Shown piece after piece: positions 21,192 to 34,158 of a stretch of DNA of 64,000 bases. This DNA comes from Minutocellus sp. GHC0000111 (taxonomy: Eukaryota), in assembly GCA_977018835.1 (NCBI GenBank), contig OZ361257.1:2666001-2730000 (forward strand), read 5' to 3'. The stretch's first letter is position 1. Each line of letters opens with the position of its first letter. A program made the translations under genes and the position numbers. The notes below the pieces were generated by a model that saw only the letters and a program-made list of their open reading frames with translations, did not search any database and was not told the DNA's origin.

Positions 21192-24100
21192 ATGCTTCGC
21201 GGCATCCACAAGGTGAGATCATGATCGGCATCTGCTTTCGTTCATTGGGGCTCGACACATTGATCACGTATAAGGCCAGTTTCTTTGCTTTGTCGTATAT
21301 CATCCTAACCCAGCACATGATGTGCCGTTTACGTATCTTGCGTTTATCTCTCGTCGCATTTTTGGCACATATCGTGTCTACAATGCATGTAGCTCTGCGA
21401 CAAGGCACGGTGGAGCGAGGCGGTCGATCTCCTCTCCGAGGAAACTCCCGCCGGCGAGGAGGCACGCGATGCCGCCTCAACGACCGGCGGGTGGGGCGAA
21501 TGGACTCCCCTCCATCTCGCCTGCAAGCATGATCCTCTCCTCGGCGTCGTTTCGGCCCTCCTGAACGCTGCTCCCATTGCCGCCGAAAGCTTTGACGTGC
21601 ACGACAACCTGCCCCTGCACTACGCCGTTGAGAAGGGTTGTTCCGACGTTGGCGTACTGGGCGCCCTCGTCGAGTCCTGTCCCGAAAGTGCCGAGGTCCC
21701 CAGCAAGGACGGTGAGACGCCCATCATGATCAGCTTCCGGAGGGCGATATTGCTTGCCGGCGGGTCGTCCTCGTCGGCCACGTCCTTCCCCTCGGAGAGG
21801 GAGGTTTCCATCCTCGCCGAACCGACCGGCGAGGCCCTCTTGACCGAAGATGCCAAGTTGGACGGACAGATTCTGCTCCATCAGGCCGTCCGGCGGGGTG
21901 CTCCGCTCGGCATCCTCAAGTTGCTCGTCGATGCCTGTCCAGCTTCGGCCACCGTCCCCTCCAAGGACGGTACCGGCCACAATGCCCTTATGATGTCGTT
22001 TGCCAGGGGACGTGACGATGCTATCTTTCCCTCGGCCGACGAGATTCATCTACTTGCCAGTGCCGCCGGCGGTGAAGCTGCACTCGTCACCGATGCTGAT
22101 GGCAAGATATGCCTCCACAGGGCTGTGGAGGATGGTGTCCCCCTCAACATCCTTCAAGCTCTGGTCGACGCCAATCCCAGGAGTCTGTCCATCTTGACAC
22201 CCAAGGGCGATAACGCCTTTACGCTGGCCTTCCAGCGGGCCGCTGCCACTGGTGGTTATCCCACTAAGGAGGAGATTTTGGTCCTGGCGGGCAAGCCATC
22301 GGACGAGGTCGCCCTCCTCAAGGATACCGACGACAAGACTTGCCTGCATCGTATCATCGCATCTGGCAAGAATGTTCCTGCCGCCATTGTTGCGGCCGTC
22401 GTCGAGGTTGCACCCAAGGTCATCGAAATCCGTGACAATGATGGCAACACACCCCTCCGACTGGCCATTCAAAGCGGCTCGACCGTTGATACTGTCATGG
22501 CTTTTGTCGACAATGCCGACCCAACAGATGCGAATGTTGCCGATTGTCTTCAGGTATGTATTGAGAAGCGTTCTTCGATCGAACTGCTTCACCTTCTGAC
22601 CAACAAGTGTCCTCAGGCCGTCGATAAGCCCAGTAGCGAGGGAAGGACGCCCCTCCTCATGGCCATCGAGGATAGTGCGTCCATCGATATCGTCAAGGCA
22701 CTTCTCGAGTCGGCTCCCAGTCCAAGCAATGTCGCCCGGTGCTATCGGTATGGAATTGAGGCTGGTATTTCCACCGAATTTGTTCTCCTACTCGTCGATG
22801 CCATGCCTCTGGGTACCATTGTCGCCGAGCGAGAGGGTGACACGGCGCTTCATTATGCCATCCGACATGGTGCCCCTTTCGATGTCATGGAGGGCATCGT
22901 CGACTCTTCTCCCGCTTCCGTCAACGCGAAGAACAAGAAGGGCGAGACGCCGTTTGGTCTTCGCATCAGCATGGCCGAGCAGCAGGTCTTGTCTTTCCCC
23001 TCCGTTGCTGAGGTATCTCTGCTCTCCACTTCAGGAAACTCGGAGGCTTCTGATGATAGTACTTTGGATGCCGATGGTAACAACGCCATCCATCGTGGCA
23101 TCGTCATGGGAGCGGCAGATCACGTTCTCCAGGCCCTTGTCGAGTCATCTCCATTTGGATTGACTGAAAAGAACAAGAGGGGACAGGTTCCACTCATGCT
23201 TCTCATCGATCGAAAGATGAAGGAGAAATCAGCATTCCCTTCAGCTGATGAAGTAGAAATGCTCCTTGATTCCGATGGCATTGTCGCATGCGTTACCGAT
23301 ACCAAGGGTCGAAATGCCTTGCATCTCGCCGTCCAAATGAATGCCGCCGTGGACGTCTTGGAGGCCCTAGTGGAGTCCTCTCCTGAATGTTGCCTGGCGT
23401 TGAACAAGGACGGACAGACGCCGCTCCACACCAAGATTAGTCAGCTTGCCATTGAAGGGAAGTCCTTTGGTGTCCATCAGCTCCGAGGTCTGGTCGACAG
23501 TGATGGCCGGGCTCTACTTGTCCAGGATGGAGAGGGTATGGTTGCCCTTCATCTTGCCATGGCATCTGGTGCGCCTATCGCTACTCTTGAGGCTCTGCTT
23601 CATTCTGCTTCTTCCTCGATCCAGATCAGGGATGGGCGAGGTCGCTCGGCCCTCCACCATGCGGTGGCCAATGGCGCTATTGACTTTGTTACTCTTCTCA
23701 TCAAGGAATATCCTGAATCTCTTCTAGAACAGGACAAAATGGGTCTCACGCCGCTAAATATTGCTCTTCAGCCCAACATTGGCGCCCAGCCTTCTCAGGA
23801 AGACTTTAATCAGCTGCTAGGAGACGAAAAGACTGCAAAGAATATTGCTACCCTGCCAGATGCAGATGGCAAACTTCCTCTTCATTCCGCCTGTCAGAAG
23901 CTGGAGCTTGTCCCGCCGGAACTAATCCTGCAGCTTATCGAGCTCAACCCCAAGTCCCCATCCATTAAAACTACATCCGGCGAGCTTCCCATTGATCTTG
24001 TCGAGTCAAAGCGCAAGTCCATTACGTATGCAGAGGATGTCGAGTACCTCAACAGCGTATCGGATCTTCTCTTTTCGTTTCATCCCAACGTTTTGCCCTA

Positions 24101-27074
24101 CCGTACTGACTTGGACCGTCTCCAGCGAATGCGTTCTCGAATTCTGACCGAGCTGTCGACGGACGGGGCTCTGAGCGACGAGAGTCGTCGTCTTTGGATT
24201 TGGCTGTGCACCATTCCCGATCGGAACGATGCAAAGATGCACTACCGCAACACCATCGAGAGTATCTTGCAGTCCGTTGACGACGTGGAGATGAAAAAGA
24301 TACTGCGAAACATCGAGATCGACGTCCCCGGAGGTGGCCGAGCCCCTCTGCACAAGTGTGTATCGGAGCGCATCATCCTTTTGCTCGCTCCTCCACAGAA
24401 CGATGTGAAGAAATGCCTCAAGGATGTTGGTCAGAGCATCAGACAGTCTCACTCTCGAGGTTTTATCCATGGAAACGTTTCCTCCTTCAAGATATCGAGA
24501 AAGACGGAGGGCGGGTATGAGCTTTCAGGCGAAGCGAACGCTTCCAACACTCAGATTGGAGATTACATCGGAGCCTCGTCGTCTTTAGTGTCTACAGGGG
24601 GCGTGTCGCCCATGATGATTGCATCGCTTGACTTTGAGGGCTACCTAAAATATCGCAAGTACTGGAAAACTGTATCTGACGATGCCGAGACTCAGCAGAT
24701 TGTCAATCAGCTTGATATTGCTCAGCTCACGGACAAGATTCAGCTCTACCTTCCCAAAAAGAGTGCCAAGGAGGCCACGCTTGGCGATCTTCTTGATCGC
24801 ATCAGCAGCAACAGTAAGCTCTGGGAAAAGATCAAGCCGCGAAGGAATGGGTCGAAGATCTATGTCATCAAGTGTTTCCACGAGAATCCCGCTACCGGTT
24901 TTCCTCTCGCTCCCGGTCGCCTTCCATATGAGCTCGTTCAAGCCAACGGCGGGCATGATCTTTGGAGCTTTGGCCTTGTCCTGCACGAGAGCTTGGTCGG
25001 ATCTCCCCTCATTGCCGTTGATGCATCGAATAATCTTGCGTCTGGCGCGCAATATGCCTCGCTGCATCAGTGGACCGAGTATGGAAAACACATTGTCCAG
25101 GCCGGCGGCGAAGCCGTGAAAGATCCCGTTGCCGCTGACCTAGTTCATCGGCTACTCCATCCTGATACCTACACTTCCTCCACCTTGATTGATCGCATCC
25201 TCGAGCATCCATTCTTTTCACCGTCCAACAGCGTCGCTGCACGGAGGCTTTGTCTCAGTATTCTTTCTAGTGAGAAAGAGAGAAGAGAGACCGAGCGAAT
25301 GGAGGCGGAAGAAATGAAGCGCCAAGATGAGAAGGAACGAGATGCCGAGAAGACCAAGCTCTGGATGGCTCAGCGCACCGAGGCGCTGGAGACTGTTTCG
25401 ATCAAGACAAGAATCAAGTTCGAGGCATCGACATGGAAGCAGTGGGGAGTCGCGGGAGAGTCACTTCTCCCCACTTCATTCATTCTCCTTCCATACCGTT
25501 TGGAGACATCCGCCGGTGGCCGCCTCTCGGTCTCATCCAAGGATATCAAGGCTGCACAGCAGCTTGGATCGTCTCTAGCTGGAATCCTCCGATATGTCCA
25601 GCTTCTTACCGACATGACTTCCGGTCAGTACCGAAGCAAGAGGAACCCCGCCAGCAATGCGATCTGGCGATACAATGAGCTGAACAAGCATATCGAAGTG
25701 GCCGAGACAACTTTCCTTGGTTGCTGTCGCGACATTTTTACCCGAGTAGACAACACGAAGGATCTTCTCTGCAGTTTGCTACCATCTGAAGATGACCAAG
25801 TCCTCACGGAAACTGCATCCCTCCTCATTCATACTCATGTCAAATCCATTGTGGACCTTGACGAGTGCAGAGATATCGTGAGCAAGGCCGATGCCGCGAA
25901 TGCTGCCATGCAGACGCTTGTGGCTTCCTCGGGAGGCAAATCAACCAAGTCAGTTCAGCAGGTAATGGGAGAGCAATTTGATGAATTGCTCGGTGTCACG
26001 GCATTCCGTGAGCAACAAGCTGAAAAGAAGCGCGCTGTCGAGCAGGCTCTCACCAAGTTGGTCAAGAGCTTCTCAGAAGATGCACTTGGCACTGTGGAGA
26101 AGCTCCTTGGTCAAAAGGTAGCTGGCCTGTGCTCCACGTACATGGCATCGAGGAGCTGCTACCTCTATCTGGTCGATGAGTTCACTGGCATCCCTGCAAA
26201 GGAGCCCACTTTCCTTTCTTCGACGACCTATCCCCTAAGTATCGAGACCTCCATTCCCGATGACCTTACTGTTCTGATTCCTTGCATGCTTCCTACACTG
26301 AAGGAGGCCTGTCACCTCAACACTGTCATGGGCTTGGCCTCTTTGATTGGTCTGCAGACGGAGCAGATTCCCTCCACGTGGTCCGAAATTATGAGCATCT
26401 CACCGGGGGATCTCGGATCCAACTCGACGAAGAGAGAATGCGAACTTTTGTTTTCGATTGTCTCTTGTGGGGAAGTTCCCTCGAAGACGAAGCGAGGAGG
26501 TGAAACCGATCTTCTCCAAAAGTATTCGGATATCGTCCTTTCTCACGATGTTCGTCGTGATTTTGGCGGAATGACGAGAATCAGGAGCCCCGGTGGCGAC
26601 TTCCTGTGGTCCAGCGAGATCAGAGGCGATGTTGAGCATGATCTGGAACGTGCCGAGATACTCGATTTTGTCCAGATGGCAAGGGCTGAGAAGGCCGAGA
26701 AGGCCAAAACCATCATGGAAGGAACGGCATCCTTGTCACAGAGAGATACTATTGACGCGTCTCACCAATCTGTCTATGAGCGTGTTTTTCGCGATGCCAA
26801 GCCAGCACCAGCAGTCTCGGCCACGCCCGAGTCCAAATCAATACCCTCCATTGGAACTTCTGTTTTGTCGCCGAGAAAGATGGGTGCCGTCGAGAACCAA
26901 AGGAAGAGCCGAGTGATCGCACCATCACTAGATGCCAAGATCGAGGAGCAGGACGCCGAGCCGTCTGAGAACGAGAATACCCAGGTCCAACCTCCCACGC
27001 CCGGTCGCATGTTCAAGCAGAGCATGATCTCCAAGGGCAAGCGGGCCTTTAAGACGTCCACGACCTTTCATTAG
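21192..27074 (+). CDS. Large ankyrin-repeat protein with a degenerate protein-kinase-like domain; exons 21192-21212 and 21393-27074
   Basis: Intron 21213-21392 joins MLRGIHK to LCDKARW in frame. Many TPLH/LPLHxA ankyrin units; kinase-like remnants SHSRGFIHGNV, DLWSFGLVLHE and ILEHPFF. Confidence 0.85.
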
Positions 27075-27453
27075 AAAGAGGTTGGATGATTGTACGGCTG
27101 CAGACAAACAATCGTTGCATCACTAAATAAAATTTTATCTATGTAAATGCCTGGAGAGAAAGGTTGGAGGTGTACAATATGAAAGGAAGAGCCCTGAATA
27201 AGCGAGAGAGATCTCGAATAAAAAGAATAATCAAATAGCCACAAATTACCGTTTAGTTCGCTCTTTTATATGTATATATTTATATTTGCTGCACCTTTGT
27301 CTCTACTCCTTTTGTTTTTCAGATTTCATCTAATGTATAAATCAAACAAGTGGACAATACATATTGCGTTGCATTGGTAGCTCAACCTTGACTTGAGCCC
27401 CTTTGTTGTTGACAAACCCAATTTATCAATTCATCGTATTGCAAAGAGTGAAT

Positions 27454-29676
27454 TTATGACTCGGAACCCGAGCCAACGCCGTTCTGGGCCTCTGGAAGAG
27501 GATCAACCTCAACCTTGAAGTTGTCGCGAGCGTCATTGGCGTCGCGCTCGATTTGCTCTTGCGTTCCAACCAACCAGACGAATCCAGCGAACGACATCAA
27601 GTCTACGGCCCTCTTGATCGGCTTGCCCACCTCGCTAAGGACGATGTGGTCGTCGTAGGAAGGAAGGCGCTTGAAGTCGTCGCCGGTGTAAGAGCGGAGG
27701 ATACCGGTCTTGTCGCTGGGAACGTAGACGTGACGAGCCACCTTGACGGGCGAGAAGGAAGGAGGGACTCGGAGGGGGAAGCCACAGTGCGCATCGAGCA
27801 TTGCATCGAACGGGTTCCAGCCTGGAACGGTCTTGCTGGCCATGATGGCCTTGCGACCACCGGCAAGACGGGCGCCAATTTCAATCATGCAAGGGTCATA
27901 CCACTTCTGCTTCTGCTCGTCCCACTTCGCTTTGATTTCGCAATGGCCAAGGCCATACTTAATTCCCACCGCTCGACAGACGCCTTCGGCATAGCGTACC
28001 ATGGCAGCGAACTTGGGGTCGTGCGGGTCCACCATCGTCTGCCACCTGTTCACCATTGCGCCGTCAGTATTGATCTTGTCGTACTGCCAAATGTCAGTGA
28101 CCTGAACACCACGGTAAGTGGTGGGGCATGCAATAAGATTCACAGCGAACTCGGTACCGCCAAGGAACTCCTCAAGAAGGGAGAAGTTGGCCTTGGTGCC
28201 GTCGGGACCCACCGATTTGACAATCTGGGCCGACCGCGCAATGGCTTCCTCCATGCTGTCGCAGATGTAGACATCGCAGGTACTCATACCACGGGGAGTC
28301 TTGACGACGACGGGGAAATCGAGCTCGAGTTCCTCGACGGCCTTGCGGACATCGCTTCCATCACGGGCCGTAAGTCTGGCGTACTTGGCGACACGAAGAC
28401 CGGCGTTGGCAACGGTCTGCTTCATCAGAGCCTTGTCACGACGGGCAGAAGCGGTACCGAGGTCATTGTGGACGGTAAGACCAAGCAGGGCAGCAAGCAG
28501 ATCCGAATGGTCAACCATGGCCTCGCGAAGGGGAAGGACGCCCAAGAACCGAAGGTTCTGCTGCGACTGGATGGTGTGAAGATGGTTGGCGCACTCGGTG
28601 ATGCTGAAGTTCTGGCCAGTGGGAGGCTCATAGACCTGGTGGACACCAAGCTCGAGCAGCTTCTCGGCAGTGGGGTAGTACATGATGTTCTTGCTGCCAT
28701 CGATGACCTTGGTGTTGACGACGGTGACAAAGAGTCCACGCTTGGCGGCACTTTCGAGAAGGACGAGGCACTCGGCCACACGAGGCTCGAGAAGGATGAT
28801 GGAGTTTTGGAGCTAATGGTTTATATGAAATAAATCATTGGTCGGAAAAGAAAAGGGGCAAGTAGGAGAATTGGTCAGATGCATTTGTATTGGCGCAGAC
28901 TAAATAAGAATTGCTCGGAACAATTGAGGCAAGTAAGAGAATCGGCCAAATGCAATGGAAATGGCGCAATTTATTCGACAATTGCTCGAAGCAATTGGAC
29001 GGGTCATTGGAAAGTAGATTCCACGACAAATCGAGCGCAATTTGGGATGAGCCCAGCGAAACTGCATGCATGTCATTGCAATTATTCAACCAATGCGTCC
29101 GCATCTTCAATTGAATTGCTGTAATTGCCCAAGGGCAATTGAATTGATTCTTCGCATGCGCAATGACAACAGGCCCGCATCAACATGTCAACATACCAAA
29201 ACGATCATACGAGACAACCAGTTGCCAAGATAAACAAGAAACAAGGAGGCGCATGTTCTCTCTTTCTCTTGATCAAGCACATATATTCATGGTACGCATG
29301 AAAAATGATGAAAATGTCCATCAATATCAAATTATATCAAATTGCGGTACCGCCACGAACAAAAATAACTTACAATGGGCTCGGGCTCGTGGGCGGCGAG
29401 GGGATCGGCTACAATTTCCGTAGCGACAATTTTATGGTGCTCGATCTCTTCTCCATTCTCCTCGAAGGGGGTGTCGCCGAGGGTGGCGATGGTGGGGAGC
29501 TTCTCGACGAGCTTTTCGGAGGTAATCTCGTCACCGACGAGGGCCTCGTGCTCGAGGGGCTCGACGTTCTCCCCTTCCTCGACGGGGACGGGCGCGCCGG
29601 ACAGCTCGATGGGCTCGGTGGTCGGCTCGATCATGGGGTGCGAGTGGGAGTGGTCGCGGCAGTGGTGAGGGCTCAT
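27454..29676 (-). CDS. ATP-grasp ligase (L-amino-acid ligase / carnosine-synthase-like); probable exons 29676-29374 and 28812-27454
   Basis: Motifs ARRDKALMK, FPVVVKTP, LLEEFLGGTEFAVN, HCEIK, IEIGARLAGG. GTAAGT donor at 29373 and a phase-0 AG acceptor at 28813. Confidence 0.8.
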
Positions 29677-30211
29677 GGTGGCGGTGATGGTCTTGGCTTT
29701 GGTTTGATTCGGTTCTCCGAATTGTGATGGCTCTCGAATGAATCTCAGCCGCAAAATTTTGACTGGAGGACCGCATCCAAAGTCAAATTGATGCGTCTTC
29801 TTCTCATGGCTTCATCATGCGGGTCTTCGACGAATGAATTTTTGTGCAAAACCCCGAATTATGTTCGATAGTGGCGCTGGGGCCCCTCTCGCGAGGATTG
29901 TAGGACCCTTGTCAAAACTCGGAGTGTTGAAAAGACACGGCAACCATACCACGCACAGATCGATCAAGACGCTCTCGGCCAACGCAACGCTGCTGCCTGC
30001 GCTACCACAGTCTCATCACGCCGTCGTCGCTGGTGCTGGTGCTGCCGCCACGGCGAGAAAGAAGAAAGCAAAGCAAGGTCCGGCCGACGCATTACGCTAC
30101 CTTTCCAACGAGGTCATTGCGTCAATGTGCGTGCACGCCAGTACGCATTCTCCATCCAGTCGACGGATCTAACGCAGCAGCCGGGAGTCCGAGCGCGTAC
30201 ACACGATCGTC

Positions 30212-30531
30212 ATGGCACCGGCGAACGCCTCCTCCGGAGAGTCAGCCTCCGAAACCGCAGCAGCCGAGGACTGGCCAGACGGACGGGCCGACGCCGCTCG
30301 TGCCGGTACATGTACTGGTAATGGCAACGATGATTGCGACGAAGGCGGCAGCGGAGAGGACGCCGCCCAGCACACTCCATGTAGTACGAGCAGCAGCAGC
30401 AGGACCGGGCGCCATGCCAATGCATGCGACGACGAAGACCTGGACGCCCGAAATGCTATTGTGGGCAGCAACGTCTCCGCCGCCGATTCGTCGGAGGGGG
30501 AGGAGAAGAAGGAGGAGGAGGAGGAGATGGG

Positions 30532-30563
<32 letters not shown>

Positions 30564-33500
30564 TAACTACTTCCAGCACGCAATGCCGGCAGTGACGACG
30601 GCGGTCCCGCCAAAAGAAGCGGCGACGGAAAGGAGGGGGGTACGGGTGTCCACGATGATATCGATGACGAGCGCGGCCATAACGATGAGGCGGAACACGG
30701 CGACATTAATAACGAGAAACAAATTGCTGCATTGTGTGCGGGGGAGGATCACGACGACTCGAGAAAAGCGCTGGCAGTGGACGTTGACGTGGCGCTGGTG
30801 CGGCGGGCCGAGGAGGCGGAGCGGGAGGCGGCTCGTCGGAGTGCCAGTAGTGGGGATGCCGACTATGCTGCTCAGGCACATGCTGCTGATTATCACAATG
30901 CTATTGATGATGGTGGTGATGCTGCTGCCGAAGATACATGTAACAACAGCCGTTATGGGGGGTCGGTGACAGCTACATGTGTGACAGCTTCGTCGTCCGT
31001 CGCGGTGGCGATGGGAATGGCGGCTTCTTCTGCTCCTAGAAGTGCACCGGTGGCCAGCAACGATGCCAATACCAATACCAATACCAACGACACCGCCCGA
31101 TCTCGCTTTCCCCGCGGCCTGGGTCCCGGTGCTTACCACGTGATCCCTCGCCGCGGCGGCAACGGCAACGGCATTGGCAATGACAACCCTTCCGATGCCA
31201 GCGCCCGGACGGACGTGGCGGAGGTGACGAGGAGCGGCGATGCTAGTAGCGGCGACATCCAGCTGCCGGTCGAACATGGCTTCCTCGCCCTTAACGGCAC
31301 AAGCGCAAGCAGCAGGCGCAGCAGTATCAACACCGGCACAAGCGCAGGCAGCAGGCAAGGCAGTGCCATCAGTGCCATCACCGATCCGCAGCAGGCGCAG
31401 CGGCGGAGGACGTCCCTGGCGGCGTCAATCGAGTCGGCGCCCGGGGCCCATGCCATCCCCGGTATCAACAGCGGGCGGGATAGCTTCGACGGCTCGGCAT
31501 CGGACCAGCAGCTGACCGCCGCTACTGAAACTGAAACTGGATCGGGATCGGGATCGGGCCACACGGAAATTGACATCACGGCCACCGCCTACTTGGTCGA
31601 AGAGCGGGATGCGCTGGAGGACCTGCCGTCCGCAGAGGTCGTGGACCCGGACGAATTCAAGGGACCCGAGCCGGAGCCCTTCCACCGCCGCAGGGAAGGG
31701 TGGGTCACCATGGTGGTCGTCGGACTGCTCCTGCTTGCCGTGGCCGTCGTGCTCGGGGTATTTTCCACAAACTCTTCGGGAGGATCCCAGGTTGCTGGTA
31801 CAGCCGGTGGTGTCCCCACGGCCTCGCCGACACAGGCTCCCACCTTCGACCCCCGCCCGACTCTGCAGGTCGTCCAGGACCGTGGCACGGTCCGGTGCGG
31901 CGTCGAGAACGAGGCCGCCGGTGAGATTCGATTCGGCAAGTATACCGCTGACCTGTGCCGGAGGCTGGCGGCGGCCGTCCTTGGCGATCCCTCCCGGATC
32001 CGGCTTGTTCCCGTTGACGACAACAATCGGTATGGACGCCTTTCGGACCGGGAGGTGGATGTGATGTACGCCGGAGACTCGTTCACGCTCGAGAAGCTAG
32101 TCCGAGAGGTGAGCACGGCGCGTGTGTGATTTAGACTCATCTATCTGTTTTTGCCAAAGGGTCGGGTTGTTTCCTTGCCTTTTGCTTTGTGGTGTGCTGA
32201 CACTGTGAATGATTACATGCTTGTACTGTACTGACACTCCTCTTTCGTGAATACCGGAAACACTAATGGATACGCATCTATATATCCATGCAGCCAAAAA
32301 CTGGATCCAGGATCGCCTTTGGCGGTCCCTACTACGGAGCTGCGGTCGTCTACGCCGGAAATCCCACCTACGTCAAATGCGCCAATAACCAGAAGCGACA
32401 CGACGAGTGCGCCGACCTCTCGATCTGTGCCGTCGAAACTCCTGAGATTAGCTCCCTCATAACCAAATACTTCCCCGCATCCTTCGTCACCTTCGGCGCA
32501 TTCCCTGCCATGGAGGCTTCCCTTCGGTCCGGAGCGTGCAATGTGATTGTCTCCGATACCTACCGCCTTTCGGGCTCCAGTTTGCAGGATGACATTGACA
32601 GCGGAACGTATATTATATCGGACTACCACATCTCGCGCAACTTGATCTCGAGTGTTGTCCGTCTCGACGACTCAGAGTGGTATGACATCGTCGAGGGCAC
32701 GAGAATGACCTCGATCCGGTCAGGTCAGATAGGAATCTATCAAGACATCTCCAAGTGTCCAGCCAACTTGTCATCTCCTGGCATCCCTGGCGATAATGGC
32801 GTTTCGTTCTACAACGCCACCAAGTGCGTTGGAAATTCCCAGGAGACATTCCAAAGAAGTCTCGGGGAGCTTGTATTGAGTTTTGGATCGTTCCTTCCTG
32901 CTATAGATGCGCCAAATTTCGGGTCGCTGGAGTGCGACGACTGCGCCAATGTCCTTGAGTGGGGCAAGCTTCGAACTATCAATGATCGGGATTGTGCAGT
33001 TTACCTGGATCCTGTGCACAACCTCACTCGATTAAGCCTGGCAACGCTAGTGAATGTCAAGTTCTGCACGCTATTGGCTGTGGCCATATTCCAAGGCAAC
33101 CCCGACGCCGTCAACATTACCTATATAGACGAGATGGACTATTCGAAGTTCCCTCGAGAGTACGACGTTGTGGCCGGAGCTTCATCTGAAAGTAAGGTGG
33201 GCTGGGATATCACCAACGCCGGTTCTATGGCCTTCGGCATGCACTATTTTGCCCATGACAAATACAGGCACGATGGGGCCGTGTACGACGGAGTGGGAAT
33301 AGGTTTGCAACACGCCTTTGATAACGAAGACGTGCCGCTAATCTTCCTTTCTGCGGCTTTGATCACCGCTACCGTATACGCTCAACGGCAGGGCATCACA
33401 AGGGCAACATCCTCCAACATGCCCTTGATTCACCTCTTTGGGAATGGGCTCACCTTCATGCTTCAAGACGTGGTCGCTTACGGTGGCAACTACGATGAAA

Positions 33501-33685
33501 TACTCTCCGACGCACTCGCAAGCTCCGACGGTGCAACTGCGGTCGGGTGGAACACAGTGATTCCGAACTATTTTGTCAGTCCAAAAGCTCCGGCACTCTT
33601 TTGCGATTATACCGGTAACTGCCCGCCTTGTACGTGGATAGAGGTAGATGGAAACTACGTCTGCTACAGCGTAGGGCCGTTCTAA
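30212..33685 (+). CDS. Single-pass membrane protein with type-2 periplasmic amino-acid-binding-like ectodomain(s); intron 32109-32293; 1-nt frameshift near 30570
   Basis: Long disordered N-terminus, TM at about 31700-31760, then LQVVQDRGTVRCGV, DLCRRLAAAVLGD, FGGPYY and YGGNYDEI. Splice joins LVRE to PKTG in frame. Confidence 0.72.
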
Positions 33686-34158
33686 AAGTGATGGCGATCG
33701 TTGCTAATTCTAGGTCTTCTTCCTTCCGGTGGTACCGGTACCGGTACCGGTACTGGTGGAGTAGGTCTATTGCATGATGCATGTAATTTATTTGTATGCA
33801 CTAGGGATCCCTACTAGTACTGTCAATCAATAGATAAATTAATGTATGCAAGTCACCGCTGCTACCGGTAATCAGTGTGCAAGTGTCTGCATAGGAATTC
33901 CTACATTTCCGGTACGCTGGTGGTTCTCGACTCACTCGACTTGATGATCCGTCTGGTGAGCTGGTGAGGTCACTGATGAGATGATGAGATATACCGCTGA
34001 GAAGTGCTGATCTCAGACGCGGTCCAACAGTTGATGCGATGAGCGCGAGGCGCGTGCTGAGCCGCCGCTGCGTCAGTAGTTCAACTTGACCTGATAAGCT
34101 CATCACGAAAGCCATTTCGATGGCATAAGATCTACTAAGTATTTTCAGGCCTGCCGAC

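Noticed and set aside
27553..28833. 426-aa plus-strand ORF
   Set aside because: Antisense shadow of the codon-biased ATP-grasp gene with no motifs; the same applies to 5461-6660 and 2423-3307.
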